Shown here: positions 11,749 through 23,359 of the stretch, one piece after another
Layout: each line of letters starts with the position of its first letter
Position numbering within the stretch: the first letter of the stretch is position 1
Source of the DNA: Octopus sinensis
Lineage: Eukaryota
Direction of reading: 5' to 3'
Length of the DNA stretch: 43,261 nt
Assembly (NCBI RefSeq): GCF_006345805.1
Contig: NW_021835046.1
Location: 1-43,261 of the forward strand
Program-made: the position numbers and the translations under genes
The notes under the pieces: model-generated
Told to the model about the DNA's origin: nothing
Databases searched by the model: none
What the model saw: the letters and a program-made list of their open reading frames with translations, nothing else

Positions 11749-12526
11749 CGACAATTTCCTTCGACAATTTACTCAAGGAAAGAGACACTTTTTTTTAAAA
11801 ATATTTTGCGACTTATCCTTATGCCACGCTTCCTTCTTTGACTGGATTGCATCCTACAATGTCGACGAAACTGCTTCCATTGCCATTAACATTCTCACTA
11901 GGCAAAATGTATGTGTTTTCGCGTGTCTGTACGCATGTGTGAATTTGGATATGTTTTTGCTTTGCTGTCATTGTTGCTAAACATATTACCAGAAATATTC
12001 TAATTCTATTATGCACAGAAATGTCACCATTTTTCTTTCGCTGTGTGTGTGTTGTGTGTGTGTGTGTGTGTGTGGTGTGTGTGTGTGTGTGGTGTGTGTG
12101 GGAGAGAGAGAGAGAGAACGCACGCTTTGTTATAAATTACTTTTGTTGGTTTCCTTCCTTTTTCTGTTTAACATCCGTAAAAGAAAAAAATTCATTCTGA
12201 TTCGAAATTTTTGAGGCGTTCTTTGAAGAAACCATTTCGTTTATTTACAAATGAAGAAGAAACTATTTTCTTTGCAAATTAATGTGTTTTTCCCTAAATG
12301 GTGAACATTGATGCAAACAATTAATTACGATTCTATGTAGAAATTCCGCATTATATGAAATAATTTTCCATTCCATTTCACTCGTTAAATCCAAGAATTT
12401 GGAGAGCGAAATGTAACGCGTCTGGCTGACGCAACGACAACAACATCAGAAACAATAACAAAAACAACAACAACAACAGCAACAACAAAAACAATAAGAA
12501 CAGTAATAAAGCCAATGTTAATAATG

Positions 12527-12739
12527 GTCTTAAATCTTGACACAAGGCCAGCAATTTTAGTGGGTAAAGGCTAGCCGAATACAACGACTCCAGTGTTTTA
12601 CTGGTACTTAACTTTATTGATCTCCAAAAGACGTAAGAAAAAGTTAACTTAGGCGGCATTTGAACTTAGAACATAAGGCTAGAAGGAACGCTTCTAAGTA
12701 CTTTGCCAGACCTGCTAACCATTCACGCAGCTCGTTACC

Positions 12740-12813
<74 letters not shown>

Positions 12814-13211
12814 CCATTCTACCATAAGCACAAGGCCTGAAATTTGGGTGTAGGAGACCAGTCGATTAGATCGACCTCAGTACACAACTGGTACTTAATT
12901 TATCGACCCCGAAGGGATGCAGGGCAAAGTCGACCTCGGCGGAATTTGAACTCAGAACGTAAAGACAGATGAAATACCTATTTCTTTACTACCCACAAGG
13001 GGCTAAACACAGAGAGGACAAACAAGGACAGACAAACGGATTAAGTCGATTACATCGACCCCAGTGCGTAACTGATAGTTATTTAATCGATCTCAAAAGG
13101 ATGAAAGGCAAAGTCGACGTCGGCGGAATTTGAACTCAGAACGTCACGGCAGACGAAATACCGCTAAACATTTCGCCCGACGTGCTAACGTTCCTGCCAG
13201 CTAGCCGCCTT
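12527..13211 (-). mobile_element. Cluster of three SINE-A copies (12527-12741, 12814-12978 head-less, 12979-13211 long-tail) around an (AAT)n array
   Basis: Three repeats of GGTACTTAA..TTTATCGA..GGCGGAATTTGAACT; (AAT)n at 12742-12812. Confidence 0.9.
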
Positions 13212-13289
13212 GCTAGTGAAAGAATATTCAATGCAAAAATTGCCACGAATGAGTTCGACAAACAAGAAACCTTACAGTTCCTCGATTAC

Positions 13290-13500
13290 ACTTTGCCGCC
13301 AAAAGTAGGAAAGCTCTCCTGTCCATATGGTTTCCGGCCTATTGTAGCAGGCTGAAAGTAAGCTCATTTATCTAAGCCGTAGCCACCGCTCTTAGTCAAT
13401 TCTCAGCAAATTTACTGGAGATTACCATTTCTCTCTTCACCCTTGGCTTCCACTCGAAGGTGTACGAAAGCTTGGCCAAAGCGATAAGTGCCTGCCTGCC
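13290..13500 (-). pseudogene. Possible L1/Tx1-type LINE extreme C-terminus
   Basis: FEWKPRVKREMVISSKFAEN*LRAVATA resembles, from memory, C-termini of cephalopod Tx1-like ORF2; weak. Confidence 0.3.
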
Positions 13501-13679
13501 TACGTGCCAGTCTGTCTGCTTACTTACCTGTCTGCCTGCTCTGAGTCCTTTCAACCTCTACCCACAAGTCTACGACTTTCGCCACAAGCTACTAGACAGC
13601 TTTAAACTTCCAATTTTCTCCGGCCACTTGAAGTGGGTGTTTGTCTTCCTACACTCAGAAACCGTTTTTCCATGTAATC

Positions 13680-13868
13680 CAGGGGTCCCCAAACATTTTA
13701 GACCATCGATCCCTTCATGGAATCCTTGACCGCTCATTGACCCACAGGTATGTACATGAAAAATACATAAATAATAATTATTATTATTATGTAGATATGC
13801 ATTTATAGACCCCTTGAATAGTCCCATTGACACCCAGGGACCGATATCGAATACTTTGGAGATCACTG
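13680..13868. mobile_element. hAT-type MITE, 189 bp
   Basis: TIRs CAGGGGTCCCCAAA / TTTGGAGATCACTG (11/14); 8-bp TSD ATGTAATC (13672-13679) / ATGTAATT (13869-13876). Confidence 0.75.
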
Positions 13869-14096
13869 ATGTAATTCATGAGTCTGTAACGTTAGGGACC
13901 CAAACGAAGGCATGCAGAACAGCTTTGTCGTTCAGCATGCATTTCAAAAAAATCTCTTTGTAGAAGACATTCTGCTTGGAGCATTTATCCCGAACCGCTA
14001 ACAGCCCTGCGGTAATGCGAATGTATGGGATTTAGGAAATTGTTCGGAGTTCCCCAGTTAACTGTTTTCTGGAAGGGAGAGCTTTGTTGATCTTCT

Positions 14097-14410
14097 AAAC
14101 TGGCACTTTGTCGGTTACGACGGCAAGAATTCCATTTGACCTGATCAAGGGAAAAGCCTGCTCGTGAAATTAACCTGCAATTGGTTGAGCACTCCTCAGA
14201 CAGGTGTACTCTTAATGTAGTTCTTAGGGAGATTCAGTGTAACATAGAATGTGACAATACTGGCCCTTTTGAATTACAAGTACTGCTAATTTTTGCCAGT
14301 TGAGTGGACTGGAGCGATAAAGTGTTTTGCGGAGGACATAACACACCGCCAGGTATAGAACTGACAACCCAACGTTCGTGAGCCGAATACCCAAACCGCT
14401 AAGCCTTCAC
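14097..14410 (-). mobile_element. tRNA-derived SINE with CORE-like centre (SINE-D, tail type 2)
   Basis: Reverse: GGCTTAGCGGTTTGGGTATTCGGCTCACG..ACACTTTAT.GCTCCAGTCCACTCAACTGGCAAAAAT..; tail differs from 615-970. Confidence 0.7.
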
Positions 14411-15389
14411 TGTTGCTCTTCTAGAATCCACATAATAACATCATCACTTATGCCCTCTACAATCTATAAAGTGTATTTCACGATTGAGTGAGGGCTATAA
14501 ACGACTAACGATATTTCAGATGTCAGAAGGTCTGTCTTGATTCCTGCTTAACCTAAGGTTATTGCTCTGTCAAAGAGACGAGTGTGAGTAAACATGCTAA
14601 GCAAACAGCTATCCAATTGCTTAATGCCTAAGAAATTCATGAAATTTCGCTGTTTCCGTATATTATCAGCTATATTACCACTGTTAAAAAGACTTTCAAA
14701 TATGCGAGGTGGTTTATCTTTAGGGTGATGTGTGGTCTGCTCATCCTTTTATATCATCAACTACTATGTCACGAGTGCACCGTGTAGAGAGTATTATTTC
14801 CTGCAGGCCCATAAAACATGTCACTTCTAGGAAAAACGTAGGAGAATATCTGGGCTAATTAGCAAGGTACGATGGTCAGATGGTAATAAATTATCAGTAA
14901 GAAAGTGCTGCAGGTGTTTCCTCAATTCTGCTCTATCTTTCAGGGGTAGCTTCCTCTTAGGCTATTTATGGGTGGGGTTGGTCATTCTGCTAATAATCTC
15001 GTCCCAATTTCTATTCACTTGAACATCAAGACCAAACTAATCCCCATTCACCACAACAAAACTGTCGATCGAGCAATCACCAAATCCGGCTCTTCCAGAT
15101 GTAAACTTGCCTCTACTGTACTCATATACAGCTCCATCGAATGTTCTGCTCAATGTGAACACCTGTTTCAATTTCATATTTCTTTCGTCTCGTATCGACT
15201 ACCCCGATTTATGACGTACATGATGCCATCCGTAATGGCGACGTCGTCCGTATATGCCGAGTTCGAGTGGAATTCGAAATGGTGGTTGAAAAAACCGATA
15301 AGAGGGAGCATATTTATAGACCGAGTGTTGCTCTTCTAGAATCCACATAATAACATCATGAAAATGGTTCTACTAGGCGTCCCTTTATT

Positions 15390-15740
15390 CTACATGGTAC
15401 AGATGTAATTTCTGAAAATGGATATGAATCGAGTTGCTCTGAGCCCTTAGGGAGCACTGGGCAACGCATGTGAAAGACTTTGAATTAATCTGAATCGACC
15501 AGAGCCCCACTTTGTTATTCCCGGTCTTTTTGATGTACGACCTGAGATGGAGATTGTTGTGAAGACGAGATCTACAGGGAATAGTAAATATCTTCGCCAA
15601 AATCTTAAATTCCGCATTCAACAGAGACAAGGACATGAAATTATCGATGATATTTCCCGTGTTAATGCCTTTCTTTTTTCAACAACGGCCTCAATGATGA
15701 CGAAGGATGCTAGCAATGTTAATGTTCTTCTTTTCTCATC
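15390..15740 (-). pseudogene. L1/Tx1-type reverse transcriptase fragment
   Basis: GNIIDNF..SLLNAEFKILAKI..RLHNNLHLRSYI..QINSKSF = RT domains 1-2 (RPITLLN.D.KILAK; NL). Confidence 0.75.
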
Positions 15741-16099
15741 TCTAACAAATGTATAAATCAATAAGAAATAATAGGATATAATCAACAACCATGTGATTAC
15801 GAACTGAATTTCTTAAACAGTCATACCCACTTACTGACTGACTGACTGACTGACTTACATACTGACTTACTTGTACATGCGGCGGCATTCAACCGAAGTG
15901 GGTTGAGCCGGCTCCGACCATCAGAGTTTCATTGAGAATACAAGTTCACATGTGGTGCCCGGTCACATGCATACACACTTTGGAATTGTGTGATTCATAG
16001 CAGCTCATCTTGCCGTCGATTGTCGACCATTGCAGAGGATTCTCTGACCAAATCACCATTGATTATCAGAGCAGACGTAGCCTGGATTTGAAGCGGGTT

Positions 16100-17303
16100 C
16101 ATCCCCCTTGTTTTTAGTATTGCTGGATTTCTTGCAATCCCCCTCACCAGGCAAGACTTGTGAAGGTGCCGGTTTTAATCGTGACCACTCGATCATGCAA
16201 CAGGTTGTACTGAATTCCATGTTACCAGTAGCACTCATGAAACCTTACAAGTGATCTAACATTACCAACCTCTGACTGTGTCCGGATTTCAAAACAAGCC
16301 AAATGTTTTTTAGTGTTGTTGGGTTTCTTGCAATCCTCTTCACCAGGCAAGACTTGTGAAGGTGCTGGTTTTAATCGCGACCACTCGATCATGCAACAGT
16401 TGTACTGAATTCCATGTTACCAGTAGCACTCATCAGAGACCTCACAAGTGATCTGACATTACCAACCTCTGACTAGGTCCGGATTTCAAAACAAGCCATA
16501 TGTTTTTAGTCTTGCAATCCTCCTCACCAGGCGTTGCTAGGTTTCTTGCAATGCTCCTCACCAGGCAAGTCAAGTGAAGGTGCCGGTTTTAATCGCCGAC
16601 CACCCGATCATGCAACAGGTTGTACTGAATTCCATGTTACCAATAGCACTCACGAGAGACCTCACAAGTGATCTGACATTACGAACCTCTGATTGTGTCC
16701 GGATTTCAAAACAACCCAAATTTTTTTAGCGTTGCTAGGTTTCTTGCAATGCTCCTCACCAGGCAAGTCTAGTGAAGGTGCCGGTTTTAATCGCGACCAC
16801 CCGATCATGCAACAGGTTGTACTGAACTCCATGTTACCAGTAGCACTCATGAGAGACCTCACAAGTGATCTGACATTACCAACCTCTGACTGTGTCCGAA
16901 TTTCAAAACAAGCCAAATGTTTTTAGTGTTGCTAGGTTTCTTGCAATGCTCCTCACCAGGCAAGTCTAGTGAAGGTGCCGGTTTTAATCGCCGACCACCC
17001 GATCATGCAACAGGTTGTACTGAATTCCATGTTACCAATAGCACTCATCAGAGACCTCACAAGTGATCTGACATTACCAACCTCTGACTGTGTCCGGATT
17101 TCAAAACAAGCCATATGTTTTTAGTCTTGCAATGCTCCTCACCAGGCAAGTCTAGTGAATGTTCCGGTTTTAATCGTGACCACCCGATCATGCAACAGGT
17201 TGTACTGAACTCCATGTCACTAGTAGCACTCATGAGACCTTACAAGTGATCTAACATTACCAACCTCTGACTATGTCCGAATTTCAAAACAAGCTAAATG
17301 TTA
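16100..17303. repeat. Tandem satellite, ~186-218 bp unit x 6
   Basis: CAGGCAAG..GTGAAGGTGCCGGTTTTAATCG recurs near 16148, 16344, 16562, 16760, 16958, 17144. Confidence 0.95.
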
Positions 17304-17429
17304 ACGATACAAGGGTGTGGTTTAATAGTTCGCGTTAGGTTTCAGTTTACAACCAGGAAGAATATTTTGTTTGCAAATACTTCTTTTTTACATGTTTTGC
17401 TATTAAAAATAATTCAGTGACTAATCTCT

Positions 17430-17810
17430 CTTCATCGTCGTCGTCGTCGTTACAGCCGTAGTTGTCGTTGTTCTTGTAGATTTTTTTCATCGGTGTGTTT
17501 TTTTTTTTCTGACAGTGTTGTCATTATTTTTTGTTGCTGTTGTTGTTGATGTTGCTGTCTTCATTATTGTTGTTGCTGCTGCTGCTGTTTTTGTCCTATG
17601 TGTTCGTCCTTGGTCGTTTTAGCTAGGGTTTCATTTCTTTTCACAGGATTATGCTCTGAATAAGATGATTGTTATTGTTGTTGTTGTTGTCACTGTAGTG
17701 GTTGTTGCTATTGTTGCTGTTGTTCTTGCCGTCGTCATTGTTACTGCCGCAGTTGTGGTCTCTCTTGTCGTTTTAACTTCTTTTTTATTAATTTATTATT
17801 TATTTATTTA
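17430..17810. repeat. Degenerate (GTC/GTT/GCT/ATT) triplet tract
   Basis: Direct reading. Confidence 0.8.
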
Positions 17811-17818
17811 TTATTTTT

Positions 17819-18255
17819 GGATCTTTTCGGTTTGAACAGCAGCTTTTTCTAGCGGTGTCATATGAAATTGTCACCCATAATTATGACCCTAGAATCGATC
17901 TATTGCATTTCAATCTCTTTTAGGGTTAGGGTTAGTTAGGGTTTGTTAGGGTTAGGGGTGGGGGAAGGGTATCTTTTTTTCTTCACAAATGTAAATAAAC
18001 CCAATCTATTGCTTAAACGAGGGACATATTCATACGGCACAGAATGCTTTTTAACTCAATAGACGTCACTGATTGGTTGAAATTGCAGAAATTGAAGAAA
18101 AAAAAACAACAAGTATCTTACAAACTATAGAATTTTCTCAATAAAGCCAAGAGAAAAAGATGTTTTATAAACAGATTCTACCAGTATACGAAGTTTAAAA
18201 TTTTTTAGTTACCTAGAAATTATGTTAAAAACTGCCGTTCAAACCGAAAAGATCC
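17819..18255. mobile_element. MITE with 24-bp TIRs and internal (TTAGGG)n-like tract
   Basis: GGATCTTTTCGGTTTGAACAGCAG ... CTGCCGTTCAAACCGAAAAGATCC (23/24); flanks TTATTTTT on both sides; TTAGGG repeats at ~17920-17956. Confidence 0.85.
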
Positions 18256-18430
18256 TTATTTTTATTCATTTATTCGACGTAGGTTATGTCCCAAATAAAA
18301 TAATTATTATTCTCACCGTTGTTATTGCTGTATTTGCCTGGGCAGCCTTGATCGAAGAGACTATGATCAAATGGTTTCACACCACCGCGTCTATCTGATC
18401 TTTCGTTCAAATATAATAGACCTACAACTA

Positions 18431-19214
18431 CAGTAATGCCTCGAAATACGAGTTAATTTGTTCCCGGAGACCGCTCGTAAAACGGAAGGTCGTAAAACAG
18501 AGCAATAGTTTCCCATAGCAGCAATATTATAAATCGTTATTCGTCCCCTCCCTCAAATATTTTACCTATATATTTCCTAATACTCCGAAATAAATGGCAA
18601 TAAAATAACAGTAAAATATAAAGAATATTTTATATAAAATAAAAAAGAATGTCCTGTTGTGTCTGGGGAGAGTCATTTTCTTTTTGTGCCTTATAATGTA
18701 ACACACTCACCAGTAAAATTTCCACTTTTTTCTTATATTTTTATTTTCCTAAAATTTTCGATGCCGGTGAGTGTGTTACATTATAAGGCACAAAAAGAAA
18801 ATGACTCTCCCCAGACACAACAGAATATGCTTCAACACACGAACTCATATAAAGAATCTTGCAAACCAAATCCCAAAACGAAAAAGAATGTCAAGGTCAT
18901 TTATAATAAAAAAAAATTATTATAATTGTTTTTTGAATCACTTTGACTCCTACTAGACTTGCACGCACCATCACTTGTAGACGCGATCGCCGATTCACAA
19001 GCAATCGTAGACGGACTTGTAGACTTCTTTTTAAAAAATAAGTCTTGAGCTGCTTGCTTAGAAGAAGCTTTTTTCGCTCTCTATAAATTTCTCGGTAACA
19101 CGCAGAAACCTTTGTTATGGTCGTTGAAACTATTGCATTTCGTTCAAAATTTGGATCTTGTGCTTGCAAAATAAAGCTCGTAAACCCAGGGTCTCGTAAA
19201 GTGAGGTATTACTG
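18431..19214. mobile_element. Tigger/pogo-type non-autonomous DNA transposon
   Basis: TA|CAGTAATGCCTCGAAATACGAG ... CTCGTAAAGTGAGGTATTACTG|TG terminal inverted repeats. Confidence 0.7.
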
Positions 19215-19371
19215 TGCATAATTTAATGTGTTAGGAAACGTGCATCCCGTTACATTGACTGAATCATATCGGAAACCATATAATACTATGTATGCCGTCT
19301 TCTTTCATAGTCAGTAGGTTGTGATTTTTGAGATTTACTTGCTATTTCTAGCAAGCAGAACAGACTTTTGA

Positions 19372-19797
19372 CCAAGTGATAAAAGGCTTGCTTCCCAACG
19401 ACATGGTTCCAGGTTCAGTCCCACTGCGTGGCACTTTGGGCAAGTGTCTTCTACTGTAGCCTCGGGCTGGCTAAAACCGTGTGAGTGGATTTAGCAGAAA
19501 GAAGCACGCCCTATATATATATATATATATATATATACGGGGTTCCGCATTTGTCCCCCATCACCGCTTGACAACTGATGTCGGTGTGTTTAAGTCCCCG
19601 TAACTTAGCGGCTCGGCAAAATATACCGATAGAATAAGTACTAGGTTGAAAAAATAATAATAATAATAATAATAATAAACCTTAAGGTCAACTTGTTCGA
19701 CAAAAAAAAAAAAAAAGCAAAATGCTTCAAAGCGATGCTTCACATGGCCGCAGTCAAACGACTGAAACAAATAAAAGAATAAAAGAATAAAAGAATG
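19372..19797 (+). mobile_element. SINE-B, diverged
   Basis: GGTTCAGTCCCACTGCGTGG..GCAAGTGTCTTCTACT..CATGGCCGCAGTCAAACGACTGAAAC(AATAAAAG)n. Confidence 0.85.
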
Positions 19798-19809
19798 GAA
19801 ATATATAAC

Positions 19810-20028
19810 TCTTACTCTTTTACTCTTTTACTTGTTTCAGTCATTTGACTGGCCATGCTGGAGCACCAACTTTAGTCGAGCAAATCGACCCCAGGACTTA
19901 TTCTTTGGAAGCCTAGTACTTATTCTATCGGTCTCTTTTGCCGAACCGCTAGCTTACGGGGACGTAAACACACCAGCATCGGTTGTCAAGCGATGCTGGG
20001 GGATCAAACACAGACACACAAACACACG

Positions 20029-20079
<51 letters not shown>

Positions 20080-20456
20080 TACCGTCAGAAATTAATTAGC
20101 ACCCTTGATTTGCTCTTCACTCAAGGTATGTGCTGTCACCTAGTGGCCATATCTTGAACTAGTGCTTTGTTGCGAGTTCACTGTTGCGCAGAACGATGAC
20201 GTAACTTTGTTTGCAGAGCAGTTTGAGAGTCTACAGCCTTATGATGTTGACATAGCAGTGCAACAACAACTTGGAGTGCGGATGCAGACAAATCTTCCTT
20301 TGTTTAATAGATATAGGTAGCGCCTCGCAAGGACCGAAATCACACCATACTAAGTTTTCTCATCGCGTAAGACGTTTTGAACAGCTCATAGGTTAATTGA
20401 TTTAACCTATTTAATATAGAAATTTGAGAAGTGCTAATTAATTTCTGACGCAAGTG

Positions 20457-20510
<54 letters not shown>

Positions 20511-20658
20511 TATATATACGACGGTCATCTTTCCACTCACAAGGCTTTGGTCGGCCCGAGGCTATAGTAGAAGACACTTGCCCAAGATGCCACGCAGTGG
20601 GACTGAACCCGGAATCATGTGGTTGGTAAGCAAGCTACTTACCACACAACCACTCCTG
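19810..20658 (-). mobile_element. SINE-B, tail-to-tail with the previous copy, interrupted by a Tc1-type MITE
   Basis: 3' half 19810-20030, 5' half 20520-20658. Confidence 0.85.
20077..20456. mobile_element. Tc1/mariner-type MITE, 380 bp, in (TA)n
   Basis: TIR CACTACCGTCAGAAATTAATTAGCAC / GTGCTAATTAATTTCTGACGCAAGTG (24/26), TA flanks. Confidence 0.85.
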
Positions 20659-21191
20659 GTAGGTGCACTAATATGTGAAACGTAGAATCTCTTCCTCGTT
20701 AAACAGAGAACATTTAAGGCTATGTAAAAGAATAGATGAACGCCAAACTGACTGCTGTAATTACATAAAATTCAAACGTAAACACGACAATTGTAAACAC
20801 CACGTATCTAATTGGTAGAGCGAACAAAAGGACCCGAGGGAAGAGATGCTGATCTATATCAGTAATTAGTGAATATATAAACATTTTAAATTGGGAATAA
20901 ATAGGTTTTGCTGTGATCATACAAGTTTCACACCGTCTTCTTTCCTTTGCTGGCTCGCTGGCCATACATGTACAAACAAGGAGTCGTTGAAAGATCATTA
21001 TTATTTTACACAACACAATACATGTGTTTGTTTTTTGTTGTTTTTTTTTCAACAATACATGTATGAAATAAAGAAAGAGCTTTTTTTTTTCTTCCAATGA
21101 ACACTAAACTAATAAACAGAAAGATAAATGAGCGCTCTCGACATGTTTGTCTTGGATGTCTGCAGAAATAATAATAATAATAATAATAATA

Positions 21192-21247
<56 letters not shown>

Positions 21248-21258
21248 TTAATAATAAA

Positions 21259-21812
21259 TGCCCTGATGCAGTACCAGACAGTGGCTCTCATGGCTGCTGA
21301 TCTTAAATGATTGGAAGTGTTATCATGTACATTGTTCTGTCTTGGTATAAAAGATGGGCTACAGCAAATATTCTGCTCAATTCCACAGATTTGCTTGTCA
21401 GCTGTTTGACCTTAACCAGTTGAGCATGTCCCTTAGTGGCTGACGATATGTGCATCTCTGATCACAAGCAGAAGTAGTGGGGGGCATCATAGCCATGTGT
21501 TGAGAGGGATTCTTTGGGGTTTGAATAATTCACCTCTGGAAACATGGGTGTTTCGTTCAACACCCTTAAACAATCCTTATTCAGGAACCATTTGAGCAGG
21601 ATGGGCTACTCGACCAGAAGAAGATTCTAACTGAGCTCCACCTGCAAGGTTATGTGCTATTTATCTTGATGTGAGATCACCATGTCGCACACATATGGTT
21701 GTGATGCATGTGCCTTGTGTACCCTTATCAGACGGGTAGTCATGATGGGTATATTGGGCTTCGTATATTTTACCCCAGTGTCACTTTGATGGCATACACT
21801 GCTCTCTCACTC
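21259..21812 (+). mobile_element. Element C, copy 2 (554 bp, apparently full length)
   Basis: TGCCCTGATGCAGTACC...CTGCTCTCTCACTC flanked by (AAT)n on both sides. Confidence 0.9.
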
Positions 21813-21861
<49 letters not shown>

Positions 21862-21864
<3 letters not shown>

Positions 21865-23359
21865 GAAGGCTCTGGTATTCAGCATGCAAGCATGAAAGAG
21901 AAGATCAGGAAGGAATGTTATAGGAGAGTTCGTGCAGTCCTGAAATCTGAACTAAATGCACGAAACAAGGTGTTAGCTATAAATTCCTTAGCAGTTCCAG
22001 GTGTTACTTATAGCTACAATGTGTTGAACTGGAATATGAGTGAAGTAAAGAATATAGATAGGAAAATACGCAAGCTGCTGAGTTGTAATAGGATGCACCA
22101 CCCAAAGGCAGACGTAGATCGCCTTTACCTTCCCAGAGCCCAAGGAGGTCGAGGCCTGATCCAATTTGAACTAGCTTAGAAAACAACCACAATTGGACTG
22201 GCCAAATATCTCGAAATATCGAATGACTGGATGCTAAAGCTCGTGGAAAATCACGAGAGACGAAAGAAGCTTCATTCTATTATAAAGGAAAGCAAAAAAT
22301 TTGCTATTGATCTCGTGCAGGATACCCAAACAGAACAACCCGAGGGAAGTACGGCAATTATTGTTGCAAAGAAGGTGAAAATAATGGCAACGAAAAAAGC
22401 GCACGAGCAATTGGCTGATAGGTGGGAGGAGAAACCTCTGCACGGCAAATATGTGACCCGCAGCAAACAAGCTGATGTTGACCAGAAGCAAACCCATCAG
22501 TGGCTACGGAGCTCAGGGCTAAAAGCAGAGAGCGAAGGTTTCATCCTGGCTGCTCAAGATCAAAGCCTATTAACCCGGAACTACCAGGCCAATGTGATGA
22601 AAAATGGAGCAGACCCAAAATGCCCATTCTGCAACGACATGATTGAAACAGTGGACCACCTAATCTCTGGATGTAAAGTCTTAGCTCCAGTGGAGTATAA
22701 ATTAAGACATGACAGAGTTGGCCAATATCTACACTGGCTAATAAGTCGGCATTACAATATCAAAACTGCCGACAAGTGGTATAATCACCACCCTGAGGCT
22801 GTAACTGAAGGAGAAAATGTAACCATTCTGTGGGACTTTCCAGTACATACAGACCGAACCATCAAGGCCAATAAACCAGATATTGTTGTGAAAGACCAAA
22901 ACAATAAAGTTTGCTTATTGATCGACATGAGCATCCCCTGTGATCATAATATCTCAGCGAAAGAGTTTGACAAGCTCAGAAAATATAAAGACCTACTCAT
23001 TGAAATTGAGAAAATGTGGCATCTCAAGGCGGTTACAATACCAGTGATCGTAGGAGCACTAGGAATGATCAAGAAGGGAACCGAAAATTATGTGAGAATG
23101 ATCCCTGGCTTACCATCCCTGCAAGAAGTGCAAAAGATTGTCTTAACTGGTACATCACACGTATTGAGAAGAGCATTGTCGATGTGAGAACTGTTGCTGC
23201 TCATGTATTTTAATTTAACTTAAAAAAAAAAAAAAAAAATGAACGAACTATTGAGTTTGGTTTAATGGCCTACCAATGTATACTATGAGTTTCTTTGCCC
23301 TAGGAGTCGGGAAGACACTCGGCAAGAAATGGAAGCAAATTTGAAAGAAGAAAATAAAA

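Noticed and set aside
14968-15339. 123-aa non-repetitive ORF
   Set aside because: No recognisable product; only faint Tx1 endonuclease-like words (YRL, DRVL) across frames, insufficient to call
16100-17303. Regular repeat array as a possible CRISPR or repeat-protein gene
   Set aside because: Units are contiguous with no unique spacers, no cas genes, eukaryotic context, and frameshifts between units
17920-17956. TTAGGG repeats as a chromosome end or fusion scar
   Set aside because: Short, degenerate and enclosed within MITE TIRs
21285-21325. Weak resemblance of the element C end (reverse strand ATCAGTTAAGATCAGA) to U2 snRNA stem IIa, and a CTGACGA hammerhead-like heptamer inside element C
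   Set aside because: Match too short with no other U2 features; no downstream GAAA or stems for a hammerhead
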